A stretch of 64,000 nucleotides of DNA from a virus. Taxonomy: Duplodnaviria; Caudoviricetes. Of this stretch, positions 20,061-29,070 are shown in pieces. The notes under the pieces are model-generated. The model saw nothing but the letters and a program-made list of their open reading frames with translations. It was not told the origin of the DNA and ran no database searches. The position numbers and the translations under genes are program-made. The DNA is taken from the IMG/VR virus record IMGVR_UViG_2061766007_000586, positions 160,001 to 224,000 of that record; one strand, 5' to 3'. The stretch's first letter is position 1; each line of letters opens with the position of its first letter.

Positions 20061-20507
20061 TTACATACTCTCGAGGAAGAACTCTGCTTTTGGTATGAAA
20101 CTAAGTTCCATGATAGCAATCGGATCTCCTCGATCAGCATTGAAAATTGGTTTATGATTATTTTTAATTGTTAGAATAATTTCTGAATTATGTTCCGACG
20201 TAATCATGTAAGGGTTAATGACTTCTATTCCATCTTCTTCACGTAATTCTGGAATGGAATAAAATTTTGCAACTGTGTTAATTCTTATTTTAGGAGTTGT
20301 GTTAAGGGTTAATTCTGGATAGGTTAAAAGAATAATTCCAGTATGGACTTGAAGATAATTGTTATATGCTAAACTAATTTCTTGATTTGTTTTTAGATAA
20401 ACGATACCTAATTGATCTCGAAGGTAAGGTGATGGAACACATAAAGGTGAAGCATCATCTGTTAATTTATATCGTATATCTAAAACAGGAATAGTAATAA
20501 TCGCCAT
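20061..20507 (-). CDS. Degenerate trimeric dUTPase-like protein
   Basis: VHTGI, PYMITSEHNSEIILTIKN and RGDPIA align with dUTPase motifs, but the catalytic RSS and GxIDxDYxG are not conserved. Confidence 0.55.
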   Translation of the reverse strand: MAIITIPVLDIRYKLTDDASPLCVPSPYLRDQLGIVYLKTNQEISLAYNNYLQVHTGIILLTYPELTLNTTPKIRINTVAKFYSIPELREEDGIEVINPYMITSEHNSEIILTIKNNHKPIFNADRGDPIAIMELSFIPKAEFFLESM

Positions 20508-20549
20508 TTTGTTAAATCCTGTTCTTGGTTAGACAAAAGAAAAAAGAAA

Positions 20550-20657
20550 TGGTTGGGACGTCTGGGTTTGAACCAGAATTGCCTTCTTGCTGCCTAGCAT
20601 CCTCGTTAGTACTAAGCTGGCGTACGGAGTCCTGCCTATACTTTAGACTACGTCCCA
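20550..20657 (-). ncRNA. tRNA-like RNA with an enlarged anticodon/variable region
   Basis: Acceptor TGGGACG/CGTCCCA + A-CCA; D-arm GTCT..GGAC; T-arm TCTGG-TTCAAAC-CCAGA; about 50 nt between D and T arms with no canonical anticodon arm. Confidence 0.7.
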
Positions 20658-20660
20658 ATA

Positions 20661-20836
20661 TGATCGGCTGTTGCAAGATTCGAACTTGCTTCTCCAAACG
20701 TGAAACTATTAAACGGGATTAATCGATTAAATCTTACAATCTTCTTGAAGAAGGTGTTTCACATACTTGGTATGCTATCTTGTCCTGAAGTCGTACTAAG
20801 GTCGACCACGTGCTTCAACACTACACCAAACAACCG
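20661..20836 (-). ncRNA. tRNA-like RNA with a ~100-nt structured insertion
   Basis: Acceptor CGGTTGTT/AACAGCCG; D-arm GTGT..GCAC; T-arm GCAAG-TTCGAAT-CTTGC; nested hairpins in between. Confidence 0.65.
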
Positions 20837-20843
20837 AAATAAA

Positions 20844-20926
20844 TGGTGCTGAGGGCGGGACTCGAACCCGCATGGATTGCCCGGCAGATTTTAAGTCTGC
20901 TGCGTATGCCATTTCGCCACCCCAGC
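20844..20926 (-). tRNA. trnL: tRNA-Leu(TAA)
   Basis: Cloverleaf GCTGGGG...GCAGA-CT-TAA-AA-TCTGC, long variable arm, GTTCGAG, CCA. Confidence 0.95.
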
Positions 20927-21037
20927 ATCAATTATATTAGAGTTATATATATTTGTAGTATACATGAACTCTACTATAAAGTGATGTATATACCATAAAT
21001 AAAATACTAATGTTAAATCTTATAGAAAGGATTTAAT

Positions 21038-21229
21038 ATGAAGATTAAAGAATTTTTCAAAAGGTTGTGGTATGGTAAACCTAAGCCACCCCTTGTGTAC
21101 TATATAGAAATTAAGCCTATCGATCATCCTAAATTAAAACCAAATAAGGAAGAGTATCGATTTCCTGAACTATATAGTCCACCAAAAGTTAAGTTTAAAT
21201 TAGCAAAACAAAAAAAGAAAACAGAATAA
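21038..21229 (+). CDS. Small basic hypothetical protein
   Basis: AAGGA RBS, 63 aa, followed by a hairpin at 21231-21261. Confidence 0.55.
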   Translation: MKIKEFFKRLWYGKPKPPLVYYIEIKPIDHPKLKPNKEEYRFPELYSPPKVKFKLAKQKKKTE

Positions 21230-21273
21230 GTCATCTCTGCAGCATGTAGCTGCAGAGATGATAGCAACGCGAA

Positions 21274-22806
21274 TTATTTCAGTAAATGATCAACTAAATA
21301 TTCAGTCATAAGATCAGCTAACACTTTTGTGTCAAGATTGATAATGTCACGTTCTGTGAGAGTATTGGCTGTTGACATAGCTTTCTTATACTCATCACGT
21401 AAACGTTTATGAATCGTTGATGTTAAAGTATTCACATAGCAACTATTCATGATAACACTGTAGTACATGTTTTCTACAGCATCATCACGATTGCTATCAT
21501 AAATACTAGCAGCAAAATGCTCAGGATTATCATTATGATATTCGAGACTAAAATTCTTTTGCTGTCTCAGCCAACGACCAGCTATAGCAATAAAGGAATC
21601 ACGATAGATTTCTTTTTTCTTCTGGTTGCAGCGGAGAGTATTAGCAGAAGCTGTTTCATATGCTTCTTTAGCAATGTTGTCACAACGATCAATAATCGTT
21701 TGACCATTGATGCCATAAACAGGAATATCACGATCTTCATAAACCTTGTTTTTATATTGTAAGATCGCAAGTGTTGGATTCGATTTGATAATCTGCTTAT
21801 CTGCTTGGCAGAATTCTGCCCAGTTGTCAGTATTCACTAACATACCAGGAACAACAATCGCATCTCTCCAAATAGTATTGCGATAGTACATGCATAAATA
21901 GGTTGTAAGATCAATGAAATCATGCATAGCATTAACACGTTGTGTTACACCTTCCATGGTACTACGTGCAAGATCAAGTGATTCTTCAGAGATCTGTTTC
22001 ATGACTGCGTTGTAAGCATTCGTCATACGAAGAATGTAATTGATCTTAGAGGCACTGGTACCAGTAACCATGTTGTTAATTGCATTGATATTCTTATTAC
22101 AATCAATCTTATCTAAGTGTAAGATATGTGCAAAAATAGACTGAACTTCTTCCTTACTGTAATTAGGAATACGAGAAGAAAGAGTATCAATCATAGAAAG
22201 CATCTTACCTTTTGTTAAAGTAAGAGGAGCAAAGTCCACGTTTTTATTAGCAGGACCACCAGGAAGGTGAGCGATCATTAATCCATGAATGTAACGTTCG
22301 TTACCTTCAGCAATATGATCAACACCAATCTTATTAAGTAAGCGTTGCTCTAATTCAAGTTCACTTACATTATCAAGATAACCCCACTGAATCGGCTTCA
22401 GTTTGGTGGTTGTACTCTGATCGCTTTCTAATGAAGCTAAAACAGGGTTTTCACTAATAATGGACTTAGCCATTTCTTCTGAGCTAGCTACTAACTGACT
22501 AACAGTTTCTTTGATATTTTTCAGTTCTTCATAGCTATTCATGAAACGAAGACTAAATGCATCAGATACCTGTCTGAATTTATCAAAGATATCTTTATAA
22601 TCTTCGTCTCTTACAATACTAGCAAATTCAATTAAAGCATTACGAACGCCAGCGTTTGTGTTATCAACTTCAGTGCCTTCACTAACTGTAACAAGATGGT
22701 TGGATAAGACGCGAAGTCCGTCGTTCTCAGTAAATTCAACTTCTGGTAAACCGTTTTTACGAGCACGTTCACTGAGTAATGTAGTAACTGTGTTGAGAGT
22801 ATTCAT
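21274..22806 (-). CDS. Putative virion structural protein
   Basis: 510 aa, helical, GGAGG RBS, E-type processing motifs near the N-terminus. Confidence 0.55.
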   Translation of the reverse strand: MNTLNTVTTLLSERARKNGLPEVEFTENDGLRVLSNHLVTVSEGTEVDNTNAGVRNALIEFASIVRDEDYKDIFDKFRQVSDAFSLRFMNSYEELKNIKETVSQLVASSEEMAKSIISENPVLASLESDQSTTTKLKPIQWGYLDNVSELELEQRLLNKIGVDHIAEGNERYIHGLMIAHLPGGPANKNVDFAPLTLTKGKMLSMIDTLSSRIPNYSKEEVQSIFAHILHLDKIDCNKNINAINNMVTGTSASKINYILRMTNAYNAVMKQISEESLDLARSTMEGVTQRVNAMHDFIDLTTYLCMYYRNTIWRDAIVVPGMLVNTDNWAEFCQADKQIIKSNPTLAILQYKNKVYEDRDIPVYGINGQTIIDRCDNIAKEAYETASANTLRCNQKKKEIYRDSFIAIAGRWLRQQKNFSLEYHNDNPEHFAASIYDSNRDDAVENMYYSVIMNSCYVNTLTSTIHKRLRDEYKKAMSTANTLTERDIINLDTKVLADLMTEYLVDHLLK

Positions 22807-23000
22807 TATTTTTCCTCCATGTGCCTGTCAATAGCTTTCTGGAGACTATTTTGAATAATCTTATCCGTCTTGCTAGTGGTCTTATTGTTTACAGCACGAG
22901 TAACGGCAGACTTTACCATGCTAAACAATAATGCATAGTTGAAGATAGTCTGCTTGCTAAGCTTTCCGGAAGTCTCCGGTGTGATAGTTGTATCAGACAT
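22806..23000 (-). CDS. Small hypothetical protein
   Basis: 64 aa, AAAGGTG RBS, translationally coupled to the next gene. Confidence 0.5.
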   Translation of the reverse strand: MSDTTITPETSGKLSKQTIFNYALLFSMVKSAVTRAVNNKTTSKTDKIIQNSLQKAIDRHMEEK

Positions 23001-23030
23001 AAATTAACACCTTTAATTTGGTTATATGAA

Positions 23031-24416
23031 TTAATCTATTAATCCACGTTTTTTGTAATTTTGATTTGCATTATGATCTGCAATTTTTTTGATTATACGA
23101 TTTGATTGTGTATATCCAATCGATTTTGCACGTTGAAGAATAGCAGCTTGCGTTTTACGAAGCCATTCATAAAATGGATTATCTTTTGATATTTCACCGC
23201 TTTTTATACGTTTTATAAATTCTATAGCTGCTTTATCTGCCATTTTTTCCATCGGATGTTCGTCATGCTCTTTCATGCTTGTCATATTAGCTGTGTTAAA
23301 TACTTTTCCATGCATTGCTTGTGACACATGCATAAATTCATGAATTATAGTGGCAGCAATTTCATTAAGATTTTTATTAAAAAATTCATTTAAATTAACG
23401 CTACAAAGATAACCGACACCTTTTTTTCCACCAGCAGTCCCACTATGATTAGAGTATGAATCTGAAAAAACACACAATCTATTTACTCTTAAATCTCCAT
23501 GACCTTTTGTATTATTCCAAAATTGTTGCATAAAATTTGCTAAATATTTTCTAACATTTTGAGGAATGTCATAGAAATATAAGAATCCTTTTTCGTTTTC
23601 TTTTCCTGTTAAAGATACTTGTTCGGTATCTAATGTTTTTCTTGCATACTTAAACCATATATTAATAGCATGTTGTCTTTTTTGCACATCAGTTAATAGA
23701 CTACGAATTTCTTTTTCAAATTCAGCAGCATTTGTAACTTGTGTGAATGGTATTGTTTCATTAATATTTTTACTTAATTCTGCATAAAATTTGTTATATG
23801 AATTCTGGAAAGATCCAGCTTTATTTGTGAGAATTTCTTTAATTTTTGATTTACATGTATTGAGTACTTGAATTTCAGCTTCTGCTGATGTAATAGCATT
23901 TTTAAATTCATTAGATACAAAAAATCCAAATGGTGGATCTGGTGGTTCAGAAGGAGCTTTAGATATAGATTGTTGAACTTCTGTGACGGTTTCGTATTTT
24001 TTTACATACTTATTAGTTATTGCTTCTAATGAATCACTTGAAGGTTTCCTTTTTAGTATCCAACTTCCTGATGTTGTTAATTCTTTAAGCCAATTTGTCA
24101 TTAAGCTTGCTCTTGCTTTAAAAGCTTTATTTGCATTTCTTTTCGTTTTAAATTTACGAAAGATTGTTGGAATACCGTTTTTAAGAATCGTTAATATATA
24201 TTTACTTGCAACAATAGCTTTATTGATCAAATCAATAATAAAATCTTTTGCTTTCTGTGTAAATTGTTTTAAATCTTCTACAGAACACTCAATATTTGAA
24301 TATAATCTATTACAAAGATCAGCAACGCAATCTAATCTAATCATTAAACTATCTAGATAAACTAAATCCTCATCTACATAAATAGATTGGTTATTAATTG
24401 CATTTAAATCTAACAT
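23031..24416 (-). CDS. Putative internal head protein with a C-terminal zincin (HExxH) domain
   Basis: CSVED processing-like site, KDFIIDLINKAI helix, TIIHEFMHVSQ ... PMEKMA. Confidence 0.6.
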   Translation of the reverse strand: MLDLNAINNQSIYVDEDLVYLDSLMIRLDCVADLCNRLYSNIECSVEDLKQFTQKAKDFIIDLINKAIVASKYILTILKNGIPTIFRKFKTKRNANKAFKARASLMTNWLKELTTSGSWILKRKPSSDSLEAITNKYVKKYETVTEVQQSISKAPSEPPDPPFGFFVSNEFKNAITSAEAEIQVLNTCKSKIKEILTNKAGSFQNSYNKFYAELSKNINETIPFTQVTNAAEFEKEIRSLLTDVQKRQHAINIWFKYARKTLDTEQVSLTGKENEKGFLYFYDIPQNVRKYLANFMQQFWNNTKGHGDLRVNRLCVFSDSYSNHSGTAGGKKGVGYLCSVNLNEFFNKNLNEIAATIIHEFMHVSQAMHGKVFNTANMTSMKEHDEHPMEKMADKAAIEFIKRIKSGEISKDNPFYEWLRKTQAAILQRAKSIGYTQSNRIIKKIADHNANQNYKKRGLID

Positions 24417-24418
24417 AA

Positions 24419-24982
24419 TTACACCGTTAATTTTTGTAGCATTGGTATCATGAATCTAGCCATATTAAATAAGTCTTCTGCTGTACCATGATTGACAAAA
24501 TCATATTCGATGATGTCATCAGGTAAGTCTTGCTCAGACGGATGATTTTTGATACCAGTTGATTCTGAAACATGATCAGGTCTAATAACACGGATCATGA
24601 TTCCTCCTAAGCGATGGACCATTTCAACTTCATTCGGCATACGAACGTCATCAATTAAAATAAGTCCATACTGTTCTTGCTCTCTTAAGATTTGTGTTTC
24701 TAATACTTTGACCCATACATCAGGAGCAATAGCTTCGCGTAGGCCTTGTCCTAATCGTTGCATAAATTCACGTGATGTAATGCCCCAAAGAGGATGAATA
24801 GTCTTTTTACCATCAATAGTATAAAGATCTGCCCATTTAAATCCGAAGTAATCAGAACACATATTTTTAAGAGCACCAGCAAATGCATACTTTTTACATT
24901 CGACGGTTGATTTTTTACAAATCATATTAGCGAGGGTTGATTTTCCTGATTCAAGTTTTCCGGTGATTCCGATGAGGTTCAT
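24419..24982 (-). CDS. Deoxynucleoside monophosphate kinase
   Basis: IGITGKLESGKST P-loop, FAGALK, REFMQRLG, DDVRMPNE and HPSE motifs of the T4 gp1/T5 dNMP kinase family. Confidence 0.9.
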   Translation of the reverse strand: MNLIGITGKLESGKSTLANMICKKSTVECKKYAFAGALKNMCSDYFGFKWADLYTIDGKKTIHPLWGITSREFMQRLGQGLREAIAPDVWVKVLETQILREQEQYGLILIDDVRMPNEVEMVHRLGGIMIRVIRPDHVSESTGIKNHPSEQDLPDDIIEYDFVNHGTAEDLFNMARFMIPMLQKLTV

Positions 24983-25092
24983 ATTTTTAAGTTCCTTATT
25001 ATAATTATAGTAAAAGAAGTAGCATAAAATAATTGAAGCCAATGAAATAAAAAAGAAGCGTACGGATTATATCCGTACGCTCCTGATATTAA

Positions 25093-25449
25093 TTATGCTA
25101 CAACCGATCTATCATTACCAACGTAATGAGCAAATCGATTGAAGAATTTTTTGCAGGCATTCTGCCTAGCTTGTGTTTTATATTTTCCGTAGCCAACGAA
25201 TACAAGTCCACCGATGCGAATTGTACATTTTGATTTTGATGTAGTGAATCGCATGTAATCGTTTATATTCTTACCAAACATTTTCTGGAATAGGATCTCA
25301 CTCATGATTACTGTAGCTGATTCGCAGCTGATTGGTTCAGGAGCAAGTTCATTAGCTGCTTGAATTGCATGATCAAAATCGTGTGCAGATATTTTAGCAG
25401 CTTTTTCAATTCCTTTTTCAATGCATGGTGAATATATACATGTATTCAT
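25093..25449 (-). CDS. Protein with a dsRNA-binding (dsRBD)-like C-terminus
   Basis: KCTIRIGGLVFVGYGKYKTQARQNACKK matches the dsRBD pattern GxGxSKKxAxQxAA. Confidence 0.55.
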   Translation of the reverse strand: MNTCIYSPCIEKGIEKAAKISAHDFDHAIQAANELAPEPISCESATVIMSEILFQKMFGKNINDYMRFTTSKSKCTIRIGGLVFVGYGKYKTQARQNACKKFFNRFAHYVGNDRSVVA

Positions 25450-25700
25450 TCGTAGAATTCCTTTCGAAGCTTTTTGAGTATTTGAAACTGGTATTGCCTG
25501 ACACTTTCTATAGTAGCAACTTTCAAACGCAAAGCTTCTTTTGTCTCACGTAATGAATAATATTTACCATAGAATCCGAATCTCAGTTTAATCAGTTCTT
25601 GTTCGACTAACGGTAGCTTATCAAGCAATTCGAACATACGTTCATAATCATCTGACTTACATACCAACTCCATTCCATCGATGATGAAATCGTCTGACAT
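25446..25700 (-). CDS. Stand-alone sigma-70 region 4-like HTH protein
   Basis: LDKLPLVEQELIKLRFGF...SLRE...ESVRQYQFQILKKLRK. Confidence 0.75.
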   Translation of the reverse strand: MSDDFIIDGMELVCKSDDYERMFELLDKLPLVEQELIKLRFGFYGKYYSLRETKEALRLKVATIESVRQYQFQILKKLRKEFYE

Positions 25701-25772
25701 AATTTGCTCCTTGTTTTGTCAGAGAAAAGAGATATGACATTTTTACATGTCATATCTCTTGTGTTAGTATGA

Positions 25773-26441
25773 TTAGACAGCCGTCCAAGGACGCCAGCTA
25801 TTGTAATCTTTGTCAGTGAACTGTGAAGACAGAACAACAAAACTGTTCCGAATCTTCTGAACCAACTGTGCATATGCCGTTCCGTTCACGTCAAGCTGAT
25901 TTCTGAAATCAACATTGTGATTCTGACTGACATGAGAATTCAGTGACTTCCCATAATTGATAATTGAGCATCCTTTGCACGGAAGTAAAGAAGATCCGTC
26001 TCCGATTCCAACATCTTCGAGTTTCGAACCGCCCTTCATGCGAATCTTGGTATCAGTGATATACATATTCTTGATGGAACTACCACCATTCATACGGATC
26101 TCAGATCCGAATTCTCCGATGATATTTTCCACCGATGCTCCGTTCTGGAGAATCAGCCATCCACCACGCAGCCAAAGATTGTGAATAGAAAGCTTTTTGT
26201 TACCACCAATGATTTCGACGATAGAATTCGGTCCGATAAAGAGATCATTGATCTCGCCGCTTCTTACCTGAAGGAATGTTCTTCCTGCAAGTTCACAAAC
26301 ATTGAGACTTCCACCAAGCATGCAGATTTCTCGTTTGTCGAACACAACATGATCGAATGTTGTTCGTTTGATGACTTCTTTGTCAGTGGTGAGTACGTGG
26401 TCTTTCAGTGAAGACATCACGCGTTCGTTGGGAGTGAACAT
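25773..26441 (-). CDS. Beta-helix (AIDA-repeat-like) protein
   Basis: Repeating Gly/hydrophobic pattern (LRGGWLILQNGASVE, MNGGSSIK, MKGGSKLE). Confidence 0.55.
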   Translation of the reverse strand: MFTPNERVMSSLKDHVLTTDKEVIKRTTFDHVVFDKREICMLGGSLNVCELAGRTFLQVRSGEINDLFIGPNSIVEIIGGNKKLSIHNLWLRGGWLILQNGASVENIIGEFGSEIRMNGGSSIKNMYITDTKIRMKGGSKLEDVGIGDGSSLLPCKGCSIINYGKSLNSHVSQNHNVDFRNQLDVNGTAYAQLVQKIRNSFVVLSSQFTDKDYNSWRPWTAV

Positions 26442-26890
26442 TTTAATTCTCCTTTATATGGGGTTTGTGTTTTGAGAGTTTTACTATAAAACTCTGTATG
26501 ATGTAACGGTTTAATGTTTAATTTTGTATTAAGTAAATTTTCTGTCGTTTCTAACATTATAGATATTACAGATTTAATAAATTTTTGACGTGGGTTGTAT
26601 TTGTTAACAATATTGTCACCAATTTGTATTTTAGGGTTAAGTTTTCTTGCATCTTTAATCCAAACTTGATCAGAGTTATTTGGTTTTGGTATAAAGTTTA
26701 CAACTTTCTGATTGGAATAGAATCTCATGTCACCAGTTTTTGGATCAATTGTGACATCACAGATTTTTCCATCTTTTAATTGGTTAATTAAATCTTTTCT
26801 GTAAATATCAATTAACTCTTTACGAGTATATTTCCAGAGTAAACTGATTTCAATGATATCAAGCATCTTGATAAGATTCGGATTTTCCAT
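26417..26890 (-). CDS. NusA N-terminal domain-like protein
   Basis: DVTIDPKTGDMRFY..KVV and IKDARKLNPKIQIGDNI are typical of NusA-NTD; no S1 or KH domains. Confidence 0.7.
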   Translation of the reverse strand: MENPNLIKMLDIIEISLLWKYTRKELIDIYRKDLINQLKDGKICDVTIDPKTGDMRFYSNQKVVNFIPKPNNSDQVWIKDARKLNPKIQIGDNIVNKYNPRQKFIKSVISIMLETTENLLNTKLNIKPLHHTEFYSKTLKTQTPYKGELKCSLPTNA

Positions 26891-26957
26891 AATGATTCTC
26901 CTTATGCTATGAGGGTTTCATGTTAGTTATATATAAATAAGATAAGGATGATTTATT

Positions 26958-27851
26958 ATGATTCATATATGCTTAGCGACAGATTTCAATAATGTTCAGC
27001 TGTGTTGTGAATGTATTCATGATACCATTATGACAAAAAATCCAGATACAGAAATTACGTTTTATGTATTATTGGATAGTGTAAAAAATTCGCAGATATT
27101 TGATCGATTTAATGAATTAGATCAAATTAAAGTTATACCTATTTTTTCTAGTTCATATCAACTTATTACAAAGGGTGCAAAAATAAACGGTATAGCATAT
27201 TGGCTTACAGCAACCACATATCTACGTTACATAATTCCTTCTTTACCGGAATTACAAGATGTTGATAGAGTTCTTTATCTTGATACTGATATGTTAGCTT
27301 TAAGGGATTTGTCAAATATTTATAATTATGATTTGCATGATAATTTGATTGGTGGTGTAAAAAATTCAACTTATATCAGACACTCTTATAAAGGAAAACT
27401 TTCTTTTGTAGGATCTCTAGAAGGCCGTGTTATTAATGCTGGTGTAATTTTAATGGATTTAAATAAATTGAGAGAATTTGACTTTACAAAAAAATGTATT
27501 GATTTTACCAGAGAATGTGGTATGGATGATGAAATAGTTGTCAATCAAATTTGTAAAAATAAAATACAGTTTATGGATCCTACTATGAACATTCCGTACA
27601 CAATGATTGTTTATAGACATAAAAATATGAACGATATCGATTGCTGGAATGCTTTTCATAATACTTCGTTTACATCTATTAATGATTTGGTGTGTTCTAG
27701 TTATTTATTACACTTTATAACTGATAAAAAAGCACAGTTAAATTTTCCAAAATTAAAAGCAATACATGAATCAAGATATCAAAGATTTAAAAATTTTGTT
27801 GAAACTGGAATTATCCAGAAAGAAGACATTCTTCCTCTTGTAACTTTATAA
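26958..27851 (+). CDS. Glycosyltransferase family 8
   Basis: IHICLATD, TYLRYIIP, RVLYLDTD (DxD), INAGVILMDL and LLHF motifs. Confidence 0.9.
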   Translation: MIHICLATDFNNVQLCCECIHDTIMTKNPDTEITFYVLLDSVKNSQIFDRFNELDQIKVIPIFSSSYQLITKGAKINGIAYWLTATTYLRYIIPSLPELQDVDRVLYLDTDMLALRDLSNIYNYDLHDNLIGGVKNSTYIRHSYKGKLSFVGSLEGRVINAGVILMDLNKLREFDFTKKCIDFTRECGMDDEIVVNQICKNKIQFMDPTMNIPYTMIVYRHKNMNDIDCWNAFHNTSFTSINDLVCSSYLLHFITDKKAQLNFPKLKAIHESRYQRFKNFVETGIIQKEDILPLVTL

Positions 27852-27872
27852 TTTTAATATAAGGCAATTAAA

Positions 27873-28760
27873 ATGAGCAAAATTCCTATTTGTTATTGTA
27901 CTAGCAAATATTACATTCCTTGGTTAAAAAGATCGATTTATGATCTTATTATTCGTAAGAATCCAGATACAGAATTAGATATTTATATTCTTCTAAATCA
28001 AGCTATACCTGATCCTGATTTTGAAAAATTTAATAAACTTGATAAAGTTCATGTAACAATTAAAGAGATGGATACAGCTATCGAGTTTCCTTATCATGCC
28101 CCACATCCCATGCCTTGGCTAGGAAAATTTAGATCATTAAATATGATTATTCCAGAATTGGATATCTTTAAAGATTTTGAAAGAGTCTTATATTTGGATC
28201 TTGACATGATGGCACGTAGAGATATCACTCCTATTTATGAAACTGATATCAAAGGTGCAGCATTAGGTATGGTTAAAGATTGGTTTTACTGCAGATATGT
28301 TGATCCTAAAAGCTATTTAACAGTTAGTAATACATACCAAAACGGTGTGATTATTATGGATCTTCCTAAGTTAAGAGAAAAACATTTTTCTCAACAATGC
28401 AGAATGAAAACACGTAGTTGTGGTACTGATATTGTGATAATTAATGAAGTTGCACATGATTATATTTGTTCACTTAGTCCAACTTATCAAATTCCATATT
28501 GGGATATTATTTTGGGTAATATACCGATGAAAGATATCAAAACTTGGAATTCAATGTTTGATACTAATTTTGAATCAATGCACGATTTAATTGATCAAAG
28601 TTATTTCTTTCATTGGTGTGGTGATAAAGATTATCGTTACAATATTGTTCCAATTTGTAAAAATATTGTTGATCAAGCACAAAAGCGTTTGGATAAATTT
28701 TTACAGACAGGTGTTGTCCAAGAATGGACAGATGAAGATGAACGTATTTTTGTTTATTAA
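27873..28760 (+). CDS. Glycosyltransferase family 8 (paralog)
   Basis: RVLYLDLD, YQNGVIIMDL and FHWCGDK motifs. Confidence 0.88.
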   Translation: MSKIPICYCTSKYYIPWLKRSIYDLIIRKNPDTELDIYILLNQAIPDPDFEKFNKLDKVHVTIKEMDTAIEFPYHAPHPMPWLGKFRSLNMIIPELDIFKDFERVLYLDLDMMARRDITPIYETDIKGAALGMVKDWFYCRYVDPKSYLTVSNTYQNGVIIMDLPKLREKHFSQQCRMKTRSCGTDIVIINEVAHDYICSLSPTYQIPYWDIILGNIPMKDIKTWNSMFDTNFESMHDLIDQSYFFHWCGDKDYRYNIVPICKNIVDQAQKRLDKFLQTGVVQEWTDEDERIFVY

Positions 28761-28769
28761 AAAGGGAGC

Positions 28770-28798
28770 AGAGCTGTGTGCCAATGGCACACAGCTCT
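28770..28798 (+). terminator. Intrinsic terminator
   Basis: Hairpin agagctgtgtgcca/tggcacacagctct followed by a T-tract. Confidence 0.8.
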
Positions 28799-29070
28799 TT
28801 TGTTCTTTTTCTTATAACCGTTTTTGAAAGACGAAAACAGGACTTTATAAAAAGTCCTTCAGAGGAATTAAAAAAGTAAAGTACCATGACAAAAAAGATG
28901 CTTTACTATCAAGAAGTGGCAAGGAAAAGTCGAAACCAACTGATTATCTTTAGAGAGGTAAGCTAAAGATAGTTCAAGGAGTAAACTTAATCAGCTTTAG
29001 TTTCGACATAGTATTTCTATCATAAAATAAAAAAATAAGAGACTAGGATATATATCCTAGTCTCTCATAA

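Noticed and set aside
20512-20722. Short ORFs overlapping the tRNA-like RNAs (also 53848-54045, 57950-58141 and 63659-63868)
   Set aside because: They overlap clear tRNA or tRNA-like structures and lack an RBS.
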